The notes: generated by a model from the letters alone, not told the origin. Shown: positions 27,533 through 36,833, counted from the stretch's first letter. The stretch is 64,000 bases of DNA from Candidatus Poseidoniales archaeon (GCA_003602535.1 QQSA01000078.1:4405-68404), one strand, 5' to 3'. A program made the numbers and translations.

Positions 27533-28876
27533 ATGCGTTGTATTTTCCTCTGCTTTTTGATGGTGCTTGCACCCATGAGTGGTTGCTTTGGAGAAGAGAT
27601 TCCTGAAGAAATAGAACCTTCTTTGACTGTTGAAGAGATCAGTTCTGCAACACGAGGACAATATCTGACAATCGAAGTCGATTCTAATGTAGAGTGGACA
27701 TTTAATCGTTCAGCTGGATTATTCTATCTTGATGATTATGGAGTCCTTAGAGATTCTATCGAAGCAACGTTCCCACCAGAAAAGAAATCTCTAGAATTAC
27801 TAATCCTAGATACTGAAAGAGATAGTGTAAACATTTCAATTTCTGCCGGTGATGAGTTATGGCAAGCATCCCTAACCCTAGAGGATAGTCAAGAACTGAT
27901 GCTTGTAGACGGAAGAAGAGCTTACGAGACAATAGATATGCTAACGAGTTCTTACAACAATAGATGGTGTGCAAGTGCATCTGTTCATGAAGGTGGAGCA
28001 GCCTATGAAGCAGCAGCAGAAGCAATGGCTGAAGAAATGCGAGGAATGGGCTTTGATTTCGTAGAGGTTACTAGGTATGATGATGACCCAGACCAACTGA
28101 ATATTGTTGGATATAATTGGGGTAGAACTAATCCTGACGAATACATTGTAATCGGTGGCCACTTTGACATTGCATACATGTTTACCCCGCCAGGTGGCGG
28201 TACCAATGAAGGAGCAAATGATGACACATCCGGCTCAACAGTTTCTCTTGAAATGGCCCAAGCATTAGCAAAGATGGAATTCGATCACACAGTTGTCGCA
28301 GCACTTTGGGCCTGCGAAGAAGAAGGATTGCTTGGTTCTCGTGCATACGTTAGTCATCTTCCTGAGAATGTAACAGTCAAGTCTTACCTAAACTTTGACA
28401 TGGTTGCCCTAAACTATCCAATTATTCCTCTAACTGAACCTATTCTTGGACCAGGTGGAGAAATATTTTCTGCCACAAAATACGATTGGACGATTAGCAT
28501 AGCTGGTGCGAGTGATAGCAATATGGAATTGATGTATGAATGGGTTGGCACAACAATCGAAGAAGACCTGTATTACCAACCAACCGATGCGAATCCAATT
28601 ACCTGGCAGATTGCTGAATCATGTGCATCCGATCACTGTTCTTTCTTCTCTGCTGACTATCCAACATTCAATTTCTTCAGCCCAGGAGGAGATATTTCAT
28701 TCTGGCAAGAATGGCATTCACCATCGGATACACTAGAATTCATGACTGCTAAAGCCGGTGGCGAAGCTGGAATGGCCAGTGGTTTCAACAGTCTTGTTTG
28801 GTCATCATTAGACCTCTTTGTGCGAATCGATAACTCAGATGAAACGTTCCAAGGACGCTGGTTAAGTGAAGAATAA
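27533..28876 (+). CDS. Secreted M28-family zinc aminopeptidase
   Basis: Signal peptide MRCIFLCFLMVLAPMSGC. Metal ligand boxes: IGGHFDIAY, GANDDTSGS, CEEEGLLGSRAYV, NFDMVA. Confidence 0.75.
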   Translation: MRCIFLCFLMVLAPMSGCFGEEIPEEIEPSLTVEEISSATRGQYLTIEVDSNVEWTFNRSAGLFYLDDYGVLRDSIEATFPPEKKSLELLILDTERDSVNISISAGDELWQASLTLEDSQELMLVDGRRAYETIDMLTSSYNNRWCASASVHEGGAAYEAAAEAMAEEMRGMGFDFVEVTRYDDDPDQLNIVGYNWGRTNPDEYIVIGGHFDIAYMFTPPGGGTNEGANDDTSGSTVSLEMAQALAKMEFDHTVVAALWACEEEGLLGSRAYVSHLPENVTVKSYLNFDMVALNYPIIPLTEPILGPGGEIFSATKYDWTISIAGASDSNMELMYEWVGTTIEEDLYYQPTDANPITWQIAESCASDHCSFFSADYPTFNFFSPGGDISFWQEWHSPSDTLEFMTAKAGGEAGMASGFNSLVWSSLDLFVRIDNSDETFQGRWLSEE

Positions 28877-28896
28877 TTTCCTGGTAAAACCTTGAA

Positions 28897-29214
28897 GTGA
28901 TTATTATGCCGGTAACTGTCAAAATTAGTAATTGGAATACTTTATGTGAAATATTCCGCTCGTTTTTCAAAGAATTGGGATCGATTGAAGAAAATCAAGA
29001 ATATATTCAATTTGATTCTAACCCAGAAAATGTGGCAACTAATTTTTTGATTAGAAAAGATGGGAGGTTTATGGCAGCAATGCCATTACATGGGCTTGAG
29101 GGAGGATTGTCAACAGTGACTTTCAACCATGATAACTTCTCAGTAGTTGTCAAGGGCGATAATACAAAGTATACATACAGAGTCCCTAAGGAATTGATTG
29201 ATTTGAGAGATTAA
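28897..29214 (+). CDS. Hypothetical small soluble protein
   Basis: ORF from the track with no recognisable motif. Confidence 0.35.
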   Translation: MIIMPVTVKISNWNTLCEIFRSFFKELGSIEENQEYIQFDSNPENVATNFLIRKDGRFMAAMPLHGLEGGLSTVTFNHDNFSVVVKGDNTKYTYRVPKELIDLRD

Positions 29215-29215
29215 T

Positions 29216-30280
29216 TTATACTTTAGAATTCTTGGATATTTTTCTTAGCAGATTCTCGGCACTAAATCTTGGGCAGTACTTTTGCCATAGATGGGAGACT
29301 GGGACCCATATCAAAGTGTAAATCAAAACAACCAACATTGAAGTTGTTAAACTCCAATCATTAGTTTCATTCAGTGAATGGAATAAGCCGATTGGAATGA
29401 AGTGGAGCAAGTAAACGCTTAGAGAAAAATGCCCTAGTGGATTGAGAATGGTAGTACCGATCATTTGAATGAGCATCCACAGAATCGATACTCCGGTCAG
29501 TGCAGCGATTATGAATGGGGCATTGGATGGGAAAAAAGTAAGCGTTGCATCTCCGGATGGAGTAGCCCATTTCAAATCATTTTGAATCGAATAGAATAAT
29601 GTGATTACACAAAATATTAGTCCACTTGATATCGATAAGATACTTCCTTTTGTTACAGGTAATGTTCGCTCAATTCCTTGTTGAGAAGCGATCCATGAGC
29701 CAAAAATTGCGAAAATAATCCAAGGGAATAACGGATATGTTCCTGTCAAAATCGAGTGGCTAATCCATGCAAGAACAGTACTGGTCTCTACCCTATCATC
29801 CCATTGACTAGAACCTTGATAACTCCCTAAAAGGTATACTGAAGTCAATATCAACAATATCGAGACCCATACAACAATTGTTTGTTTATCTTGGTACTTC
29901 TCAAATAACTGCACCCAAAATGGTTGAGTCAGAATTAGAAGCGCAAACAAAGTTAGGACGCCGGGCGTAAATGGTTCGAACAAATGCGGTGCTGAAAGGT
30001 TGATTGCGATTTGTGCTGTAAACAAAAACATTGCACGGATTATCCGTTGCTTCGATGTCGCTGTTGAATGAAAACAACCCCACCCAAAGATAGTAACGAA
30101 TAATGGAGCTGCGAGTCCCCCAAGGCCAGATACTACATACACTAGAATTGATGATTGACTACTAGCACTAGGGCCCCAACTCGCAGCAGCATGAACCATT
30201 ACCATCAATAGAACTGCAACCGCACGAATCGAATCGATATGCTCGACACGTTGGCTCATGAAATGTGCTTGCAGATGCAC
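29216..30280 (-). CDS. Multi-TM membrane protein, acyltransferase-3/DUF1624-like
   Basis: N-terminal RVEHIDSIRAVAVLLMVMVHAA is typical of acyltransferase_3/DUF1624 membrane enzymes. About 9 TM helices. Confidence 0.45.
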   Translation of the reverse strand: MHLQAHFMSQRVEHIDSIRAVAVLLMVMVHAAASWGPSASSQSSILVYVVSGLGGLAAPLFVTIFGWGCFHSTATSKQRIIRAMFLFTAQIAINLSAPHLFEPFTPGVLTLFALLILTQPFWVQLFEKYQDKQTIVVWVSILLILTSVYLLGSYQGSSQWDDRVETSTVLAWISHSILTGTYPLFPWIIFAIFGSWIASQQGIERTLPVTKGSILSISSGLIFCVITLFYSIQNDLKWATPSGDATLTFFPSNAPFIIAALTGVSILWMLIQMIGTTILNPLGHFSLSVYLLHFIPIGLFHSLNETNDWSLTTSMLVVLIYTLIWVPVSHLWQKYCPRFSAENLLRKISKNSKV

Positions 30281-30301
30281 TATATCAACAACATCTCAAT
30301 A

Positions 30302-30325
30302 CACCCCTCCACAGATGGAGGGGTG
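30302..30325 (-). terminator. Perfect 10-bp hairpin (CACCCCTCCA-CAGA-TGGAGGGGTG) just downstream of the stop of the giant acidic-protein gene
   Basis: Inverted repeat read directly. It is located 26 nt after the stop of the minus-strand gene 30351..33872. Confidence 0.5.
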
Positions 30326-30350
30326 ATTGAAATCAACTCAGTATCTTATT

Positions 30351-33300
30351 TCAGTCTCTACGAAGTAGAGCAGCACCTAATAGGCCGATTGTCGCAATAA
30401 TTCCAGTAAATCCTGGAAGTGCTGGGTTCTCATCTGAATAAGAATCTGCTTCTTCGGAATATAGACGTGCTGTATTCCAATCTTCATCAACATCTAGAGT
30501 TGAATGATCAATCATTATGACATCTCCAGTTGTTAAACTATCACTGGAATCAGTATCCATGTACATGATTGATAATCCTGAAGTCATCATTTCATCTTCA
30601 GTCACTTGAATATCGGATAGTGTCATCGACCATATATCATCAGAGCAATCTAGGTCATTCAGATTCTCATCTTCATCTAAGTCGTCACAGTTTGCAAGAG
30701 TTAGGCTGTAATCATTCAATGATCCTCCGATTCCTCCATCCATTCCAACTACTACTAGGACTTGCATAGAGTCAGTGATGTCGCCACCATCTTCATCCAT
30801 ATCTTCCATAGCATCCATCATATTTTCGAATTCAGCGAAGTTCAGTCCACCGCTATCATCATCATCATACATGTCAACCATGTTTGAAAGATGGTTTTCT
30901 TCTTCACTGGACATAGTTTCGCCATCTTCATTGTTTTGATTTGCAGAATATATCCATTCTTCAGAGGTTACTTCTCCATCGTTATTTGCATCGATAATCA
31001 AGAAAATAAACTCGAGGTTTTCTTCCATATCATCATCCATTGCGTCAAACATATTCATGAATTCATCGAAATCCAATCCACCGTTTTCGTCATCATCATG
31101 CATAGCAAACATTGCTGCAAATGCATTGTAGTCTTCATCAGTCAATGGTTCGTCGTCTGAATTATTAGCCATCTCTGTCCATTCTAACAAGGTGACTTCG
31201 TCGTCATCATTAGTATCAATCATAGCAAACATGATTTCTGGAGAATCTTCCATGTTTCCACTTTCGATTTCCCACATCATATCTGCGAATTCAGTAATGT
31301 TCAATCCTCCACTCTCATCTTGGTCATACATGTCAAATAATACAGACATGCGGTCGATATCATCTTGGGTAATTTCTTCTCCATCATCAGATTCGTTAAA
31401 CATCTCAGTCCATTCGGTTAAGGTGACTTCACCATTTTCATCAGAATCCATCATATCAAACATCGTATCGATATCCATTGGCTCAGGTGAATCCATTAAG
31501 ATAAGATAACCACTCATTGTCGATGAATCGTATTCATAAAGAATCAAGATTTCGTATTCACCATCATCAATAAGGAATGCATGTCCATCAGCATCTACCA
31601 TATTTCCTAACCATTCAACACAAATTTCAGTAGCATTATTGAAATCTCCGTGGCAACTTTCGTAATCATCCATGAATATATCCCATACTCCGGTTGAATT
31701 GAAAATAATCTCTCCAGTTTCGCACATAGTTGCGTTGTCTTCATTTTCCCAGCATTCTTCGTAAAGTAAGTGCTCTGGCAAAGTCATAGTGGTTTCAGTG
31801 AATGTGTAATCCATATCAGTGACCATTTGTCCACACATTGAATCATCTAAGTTTGTACTGTCAAAGCTGGAATGGTTTCCATCGTTGAAATCAACTACAG
31901 CTAGACAATGGTAAACCATTTCATCATCATGACCATCGTGACGCATACATTCCCAACCCGGTTCAAGATCAGTACACTCATCCATTTCATAACCATCGCT
32001 TTCCATTATGTTACCATCAGAATCAACCCAATCATTCATCCAGCATTCGTAATAACTGTCCTCAGGATCGGTGCTTTCTGTACATCCATCATAGTAAATT
32101 GGTTCATCGTAATAGTGATCGTCGTGGTCGTCATGAGCTTCATCTTCACCATCAGGACAATCATCAGTTCCGTCATTCACTTGTGAAATCCAAACTTCAC
32201 TTCCATCCATACAATCGAACCAATTGATTTCATTTCCATCTGTGTCATATTGTTGCTCATCTGCTCCATCATCGCAATCAGCATCACCATCATTTACGTA
32301 GTGGAATGGAATTTCTGATCCATCTCCACAGATGAATGTTGGACCATCATCGTGGTCGTGGTCGGAGGAATGGTCGCATTTGTCTGGAGACCACATATTT
32401 TCAACCATACAATTGAGGTAAGAAAGCTCGTCGACATCCAAAAGACCATCGCTATCAATGTCGCTATTGTTAAACATATAATCGATGCTATCCGAGTCGT
32501 ATCCTTCTGCCAATCCGTCGTTAGTTAGATCCAAATATACACAATCATCTAATTCGTACCAGTCTAACATTAAGTCGCCATCAGAATCACATTCAGACAT
32601 TTCACGATTAAACGTCCAATATGGATCGTTGCCGTCGTCGTCATCGTCGCCTCCATCCATGCTGGTCCACATGTATCCTGCATCCCAACAATCATCTTCT
32701 TCATGGATATCTACAATTGTATGAGTTTCGATGTCGTAACATACCATTCCTTCATCGTCGTGGCTGTGATCATGGTCATCTCCAAACTCATTCATGTCCA
32801 TTAGCATGAAAGGAAGGGCATGTTGCTCAATACTTTCGTCAATAGAAATGTCACCTGAGTTAAGCAATTGGAATTTTACCCAGTTGTCTTCATTCTCAAC
32901 ATCCATAAGGTCGAATCCTGTTATTTCCATATCCGAGTTTGTGTACACATTCATAGCGCCAAATGGTGCGTCTTCGACATTTAGCATTCCACTAAATGTC
33001 ATTCCGCTATCTGTAACTTCAAATCCAGAAAATGTTGCTGATACAGGATCGAAAATACCAGTGTAGTCATCTGATTCTGGGTTTTCATCCTCTTCTTCAT
33101 CCATATCGTCGCCGTCATGGTCATCACCATGTTCATCGCCATGGCCATCGTCAGTAATCCAAATTCCACCAGAATCTTCACAATCTTCTTCGTTATCTAT
33201 TGAGTAATCATTAGTATGAGTATTCATGTCATGGCATACCATTTCGTCACCCATATCATCATCCATGTCTTCATCATCATTGCCCATGTTGTAAATAGAT

Positions 33301-33872
33301 TCGAATGTGCCTGAATGAGACATGCGTAGTTCCATCGATTGTTCATTGCCTTCATCATCAGTTCCTGTCATCGAATATTGAATTTGATTACCATAGTAGA
33401 TTACTTCTTCAGTACTGAAAGAGTCACCATATCTATCCTCAATACTAGATTTAAGACCGTCTGGAGAAACTAGCACAGTTTCCATGAAATACCAAACTTC
33501 TTCAGAAACTGAAGGACAACCGTTGTATGGCTGGCTTTCATCAACCAAATCAGGATTCCAATATTCCCACTCTTCACATTCATCAGTATTCGCATAAACC
33601 TCGGAAACTTCCATCGAGAATCCAATAGTAGTGTCAAGAGTTTCGATATCTGGGCCTTCATCCATGAAATTGATGAATTCTACAATTGCTTCTTCAAGTT
33701 CTTCTTCTGAAGAGCAGAGATCATCCTGAATATCTGTCGCTTCTTCGTTGTAATTAAGGGCGTCTTCATCCCCACATCCAACAATTTCTATTTTGTCTTC
33801 AGCATCTTCTGCATCTAAGCATCCAGCTAGAAGTAAAAGTGCAGTCAAGCATATGGCTATCGCTTTGTCCAT
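30351..33872 (-). CDS. Giant (1173 aa) hyper-acidic secreted calcium-binding protein with an N-terminal Cys-pair module, LDLa-like Ca-cage motifs, three tandem EF-hand-pair repeats and a C-terminal PGF-CTERM archaeosortase sorting signal
   Basis: Signal peptide MDKAIAICLTALLLLAGC. The sequence is D/E-rich throughout. LDLa-like: CGDGSEIPFHYVNDGDADCDDGADE and CMDGSEVWISQVNDGTDDCPDGEDE. Canonical EF loops include DSDENGEVTLTEW, DQDESGGLNITEF, DTNDDDEVTLLEW, DDDENGGLDFDEF, DANNDGEVTSEEW and DDDDSGGLNFAEF. C-terminus is PALPGFTGIIATIGLLGAALLRRD. Confidence 0.8.
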   Translation of the reverse strand: MDKAIAICLTALLLLAGCLDAEDAEDKIEIVGCGDEDALNYNEEATDIQDDLCSSEEELEEAIVEFINFMDEGPDIETLDTTIGFSMEVSEVYANTDECEEWEYWNPDLVDESQPYNGCPSVSEEVWYFMETVLVSPDGLKSSIEDRYGDSFSTEEVIYYGNQIQYSMTGTDDEGNEQSMELRMSHSGTFESIYNMGNDDEDMDDDMGDEMVCHDMNTHTNDYSIDNEEDCEDSGGIWITDDGHGDEHGDDHDGDDMDEEEDENPESDDYTGIFDPVSATFSGFEVTDSGMTFSGMLNVEDAPFGAMNVYTNSDMEITGFDLMDVENEDNWVKFQLLNSGDISIDESIEQHALPFMLMDMNEFGDDHDHSHDDEGMVCYDIETHTIVDIHEEDDCWDAGYMWTSMDGGDDDDDGNDPYWTFNREMSECDSDGDLMLDWYELDDCVYLDLTNDGLAEGYDSDSIDYMFNNSDIDSDGLLDVDELSYLNCMVENMWSPDKCDHSSDHDHDDGPTFICGDGSEIPFHYVNDGDADCDDGADEQQYDTDGNEINWFDCMDGSEVWISQVNDGTDDCPDGEDEAHDDHDDHYYDEPIYYDGCTESTDPEDSYYECWMNDWVDSDGNIMESDGYEMDECTDLEPGWECMRHDGHDDEMVYHCLAVVDFNDGNHSSFDSTNLDDSMCGQMVTDMDYTFTETTMTLPEHLLYEECWENEDNATMCETGEIIFNSTGVWDIFMDDYESCHGDFNNATEICVEWLGNMVDADGHAFLIDDGEYEILILYEYDSSTMSGYLILMDSPEPMDIDTMFDMMDSDENGEVTLTEWTEMFNESDDGEEITQDDIDRMSVLFDMYDQDESGGLNITEFADMMWEIESGNMEDSPEIMFAMIDTNDDDEVTLLEWTEMANNSDDEPLTDEDYNAFAAMFAMHDDDENGGLDFDEFMNMFDAMDDDMEENLEFIFLIIDANNDGEVTSEEWIYSANQNNEDGETMSSEEENHLSNMVDMYDDDDSGGLNFAEFENMMDAMEDMDEDGGDITDSMQVLVVVGMDGGIGGSLNDYSLTLANCDDLDEDENLNDLDCSDDIWSMTLSDIQVTEDEMMTSGLSIMYMDTDSSDSLTTGDVIMIDHSTLDVDEDWNTARLYSEEADSYSDENPALPGFTGIIATIGLLGAALLRRD
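30820..31470 (-). repeat. Three tandem ~65-aa EF-hand-pair repeat units within the acidic protein gene
   Basis: Repeated DxDx(D/N)GEVTxxEW ... DxDx(D/S)GGLxFxEF units are visible in the translation and as similar DNA blocks. Confidence 0.6.
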
Positions 33873-34034
33873 GACTATTGGGCTAAGTTATCATTTAAAG
33901 CCTTTAACTTTATTAATTAAATCAATAAATTACGACATATGTTGTTCTGAATAAATTAACAGTCTGTGATTTCAGGTATGAAATATGGGATATCGCGCGA
34001 AGGCTTCATATCTTGGAGCCTTTGATGATTTACC

Positions 34035-34073
34035 GTCCTTCGGGACACGGGATGCACGGCTCGCTTCGGCGAG
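34035..34073 (+). ncRNA. Two adjacent GC-rich hairpins each capped by a UUCG tetraloop (GTCC-TTCG-GGAC; CTCGC-TTCG-GCGAG) in the xerA upstream region. This is a candidate structured leader or small RNA.
   Basis: Inverted repeats with TTCG loops read directly at 34035-34046 and 34060-34073. Confidence 0.3.
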
Positions 34074-34080
34074 TTAGGCG

Positions 34081-35100
34081 GTGACGCCAATGAGAACAGA
34101 GCCATACAAGGCAAATCGCAAGGCTGTACAGCAACGTCTGTACACAGAGGGGCCAGTGCTACCGCCGCGTCTTGTTCAAAGAGGACATCTGCCTTGGTTA
34201 AGTACGTATACAACTCAGTTGAAAACGGAAGGAAAGTCAGTAAATACTCAAAAATCCTACATGATTGGTTTGAGACATTTGATTGAAACGCCATTACCTG
34301 GCGAGGATATAATTTCTGAATTCGAAAGGGATTCAATGAACATTGAACAATTATTAGAAAGGGTCGAGCCTTTCAATGGAAGGTTGGACCTATGGGTTCA
34401 GTCGATGGTCGATAGGTCTCCTTCTACTGTGAAGGCTAGGCTTGCAGCAGCTAATCATTTGATGAATTGGCTTGGGCAAAAGTGGCCGGAGCATCTTATT
34501 CGTCCAAAGAGTGGTAAGAAATTACCAAGGACTCTAACAAGTAGAGAATTATCACTCGTCAAAGAAGCTGCAGCATGTAGTGAAGATCCTGTAGCCAATT
34601 TGATTGTAACTATGATTCTAGATACTGGATTGAGAGTGAGTGAATTGTGTGAATTGAATATTTCAGACATTGATTTAGAAGATAATTCTGCGATGGTCAT
34701 TGATGGAAAAGGAGGAAAAGATCGTCTAGTTCTATTTACTCAATCAACTGTTGAAAGTATACTAGCTTGGTTGCCTTTGAGAGAATCTAGGAATCCATCT
34801 GGAGATAATTTACTTGTCACTAAAACAGGTAATGTATTCCAATCTAGAACGGTCCAGAGATTGATGGATAAGCTAGCAGATTTGGCAGGAATCCCCCGTG
34901 GGAGGCTCACTCCGCATGTACTCAGGCATAATTTTGCCACAGGATTATTGGAACGTGGAGCAGATCTAGTCAGCATTCAAAGGTTATTGGGCCATGCTAG
35001 TATAGCAACAACGAGAGTTTATCTTGAAATCAGCGATCAGACACTTAGAGAAATTTACAAGAGAGCACAAACCGTTCAAATTGAAGAGTGCGATTCATGA
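34081..35100 (+). CDS. xerA: Tyrosine recombinase, XerA/XerC/XerD family
   Basis: C-terminal catalytic motifs: RLTPHVLRHNFATGLLERGADLVSIQRLLGHASIATTRVYLEI (R..HxxR...LLGH...T..Y). N-terminal core-binding-like segment: EGKSVNTQKSYMIGLRHL. Confidence 0.8.
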   Translation: MTPMRTEPYKANRKAVQQRLYTEGPVLPPRLVQRGHLPWLSTYTTQLKTEGKSVNTQKSYMIGLRHLIETPLPGEDIISEFERDSMNIEQLLERVEPFNGRLDLWVQSMVDRSPSTVKARLAAANHLMNWLGQKWPEHLIRPKSGKKLPRTLTSRELSLVKEAAACSEDPVANLIVTMILDTGLRVSELCELNISDIDLEDNSAMVIDGKGGKDRLVLFTQSTVESILAWLPLRESRNPSGDNLLVTKTGNVFQSRTVQRLMDKLADLAGIPRGRLTPHVLRHNFATGLLERGADLVSIQRLLGHASIATTRVYLEISDQTLREIYKRAQTVQIEECDS

Positions 35101-35277
35101 ACGTGTTTTCTTGCGCTTTTTGATTTTAGAAGGCCCTGTCCATTCTCGATTGCTGGCAACCAAGTATCCATCATGACCCTCTATCGGGCAATGTTTGCCG
35201 CTACGGCAACGAGAACAATTCGATTTAGCAGGAAGTTCGACCGTTTTGCGCAACTTTCCGTACTTGCGCCTTGGCAT
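35095..35277 (-). CDS. Small basic Cys/His (zinc-ribbon-like) protein with a KKRKK tail
   Basis: 60-aa sequence MPRRKYGKLRK...CSRCRSGKHCPIEGHDG...KIKKRKKTRS. No confident family match by eye. Confidence 0.35.
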   Translation of the reverse strand: MPRRKYGKLRKTVELPAKSNCSRCRSGKHCPIEGHDGYLVASNREWTGPSKIKKRKKTRS

Positions 35278-35325
35278 GAATTGTCTGCATCAATGAAGGT
35301 CTTACAACATAACGGTGAATTTTGA

Positions 35326-35808
35326 TTACTTCTTATTGAACCAAGGCATATCTTTGACAGAACCAGGAATCTTCAGTGTCTTACCTTTTCGGCCATCGTT
35401 TGATTTAGAAGATTTTACAGTTTTACTGCCGATTGAAGATTTTATGGCCTCTTTGGCTACTTTACGGCTTGCAGCCGTGGCTTTCGAAATAGCTGCTTTC
35501 TTGACTGCATCTTTTGCTTTAGAAACCGCTTTCTTTGCCTTTGACTTCTTGGCAGGTGCTTTCTTTGTAGCAGCTTTTTTGGCAGGTTTTTCTTTTGAAA
35601 CTACAGAAAGTAATTTTTTCGAAATCATGGCACTAAGACCTGCTTTAACTAATCCTTTTTCGCCAGCCTTAACTATTCCAGCAGGCGATTTAATTCCAGC
35701 GTCATTCAATTTTTTTGCAGTTGCTTTTCCAACTCCAGGAAGTGCCAATAGTTTAGCGAGTGGGTCCTTCTTCGGCTTAGCGGCCATATCTTCACCTGAA
35801 TCATCCAA
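35326..35808 (-). CDS. HhH-motif DNA-binding protein with a long Lys/Ala-rich histone-H1-like tail
   Basis: N-terminal LAKLLALPGVGKATAKKLNDAGIKS is a helix-hairpin-helix motif (LPGVG). The remaining ~120 aa are about 30% Lys and Ala-rich (KKAATKKAPAKKSKAKKAVSKAK...). The plus-strand ORF 35315..35854 is its antisense shadow. Confidence 0.6.
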   Translation of the reverse strand: MDDSGEDMAAKPKKDPLAKLLALPGVGKATAKKLNDAGIKSPAGIVKAGEKGLVKAGLSAMISKKLLSVVSKEKPAKKAATKKAPAKKSKAKKAVSKAKDAVKKAAISKATAASRKVAKEAIKSSIGSKTVKSSKSNDGRKGKTLKIPGSVKDMPWFNKK

Positions 35809-35881
35809 AGAGGCGGCCGGTCATAACCCTTGTCTCAATTGTGCGGATTATTGAAGGGCAAAGCCTGTTCTGACCAGAAAC

Positions 35882-36604
35882 ATGCAAGAAGGGTTGGACC
35901 CAATGGTTTCCATCCTTTATGCGCAAGTTCGTGACGCTGGTCCCACACACGGATATGATATGGAGGGTTATCTAAGGCCGAAAGCTCATCCAGCAAATAT
36001 CTCGACTGTATATCTTGGAGATATTGCTAAGACATTGCTAAAAGTAATTCAAGGACATTCAACGCCTACAATGGTTGAAAAGCCAGGTTTTGATGAGCAA
36101 AAATGGGCTTTCAAATGCCGTTCAGGCGACGTGGTTCTTAATGTCGAAAGTTATTCTTATTGGGGTTTTGGATTATTCACAAAATGCTATGCAAATACGA
36201 TCACATTGGAAGGCCCTCTAGAAGAGAGATCAAGAATTATTTTTGACTTAGTAGCATCATTACCTCATAAGCCATGGGAATTTTCCAGGAGAGGGAAATT
36301 CAATTCAAAAATTGGTAATTGTCAAGAAAACGACCAGCGATGGATAGAACATATCAAGAGAGCCAAGTCTGATTTGAATGAATTAATTGAAGTCACTCTT
36401 CTAGAAAAAGGAGATTCGGAAGATATTGAAATTGCTAGAAATGCGCTGGCTGATGACAATGCTCCAGCTGTTTTACGAGCATTGGCCCGAATCGAAGCCG
36501 ATTCGATAGATATCGAAGTTGACGAAGTTGCGCCAGATGGAATTACTCTGAAAATTGACGAAAACGAGATACCATTCGTTGATTTATCTGAAGAAGAGGA
36601 ATAA
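35882..36604 (+). CDS. Hypothetical protein with an acidic C-terminus
   Basis: ORF from the track with no recognisable motif. Confidence 0.4.
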   Translation: MQEGLDPMVSILYAQVRDAGPTHGYDMEGYLRPKAHPANISTVYLGDIAKTLLKVIQGHSTPTMVEKPGFDEQKWAFKCRSGDVVLNVESYSYWGFGLFTKCYANTITLEGPLEERSRIIFDLVASLPHKPWEFSRRGKFNSKIGNCQENDQRWIEHIKRAKSDLNELIEVTLLEKGDSEDIEIARNALADDNAPAVLRALARIEADSIDIEVDEVAPDGITLKIDENEIPFVDLSEEEE

Positions 36605-36649
36605 TTATCGCGCGTCGCGTTGATAAAGGAAATCATTCTCGGCGGTTAC

Positions 36650-36832
36650 ATGGCAAAGAAAGACGGCAGTGGTATTCAACAGGCTGCAGGTCTAATTCGA
36701 TACTTCGATGAGGAATCTGAAGACGCTTGGAAAATTACTCCAAGGCAGATATATTTGGCATGTATTGGACTCTCTGGATTCATCTACCTCGTAAACGAAG
36801 GAGTTGTCTCTTGGATTATGGATATGTTTTGA
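36650..36832 (+). CDS. secG: Preprotein translocase subunit Sec61-beta (archaeal SecG)
   Basis: MAKKDGSGIQQAAGLIRYFDEESEDAWKITPRQIYLACIGLSGFIYLVN is collinear with archaeal Sec61-beta (MAKK....SSAGL(V/M)RY(F/M)DE.....I.P.......+...++++). Single C-terminal TM. Confidence 0.8.
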   Translation: MAKKDGSGIQQAAGLIRYFDEESEDAWKITPRQIYLACIGLSGFIYLVNEGVVSWIMDMF

Positions 36833-36833
36833 A

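Noticed and set aside
30569-33181. Multiple plus-strand ORFs (30569..33066) and the minus-strand ORF 32999..33181 within the acidic protein gene
   Set aside because: Low-complexity shadows of the Asp/Glu-rich coding strand.
33956-34336. 126-aa minus-strand ORF
   Set aside because: Overlaps the xerA N-terminus and its structured upstream region. No features. The XerA frame shows family motifs.
35315-35854. 179-aa Ala/Phe-rich plus-strand ORF
   Set aside because: Antisense shadow of the Lys/Ala-rich HhH protein gene. The composition mirrors the complement of AAG/GCN codons.
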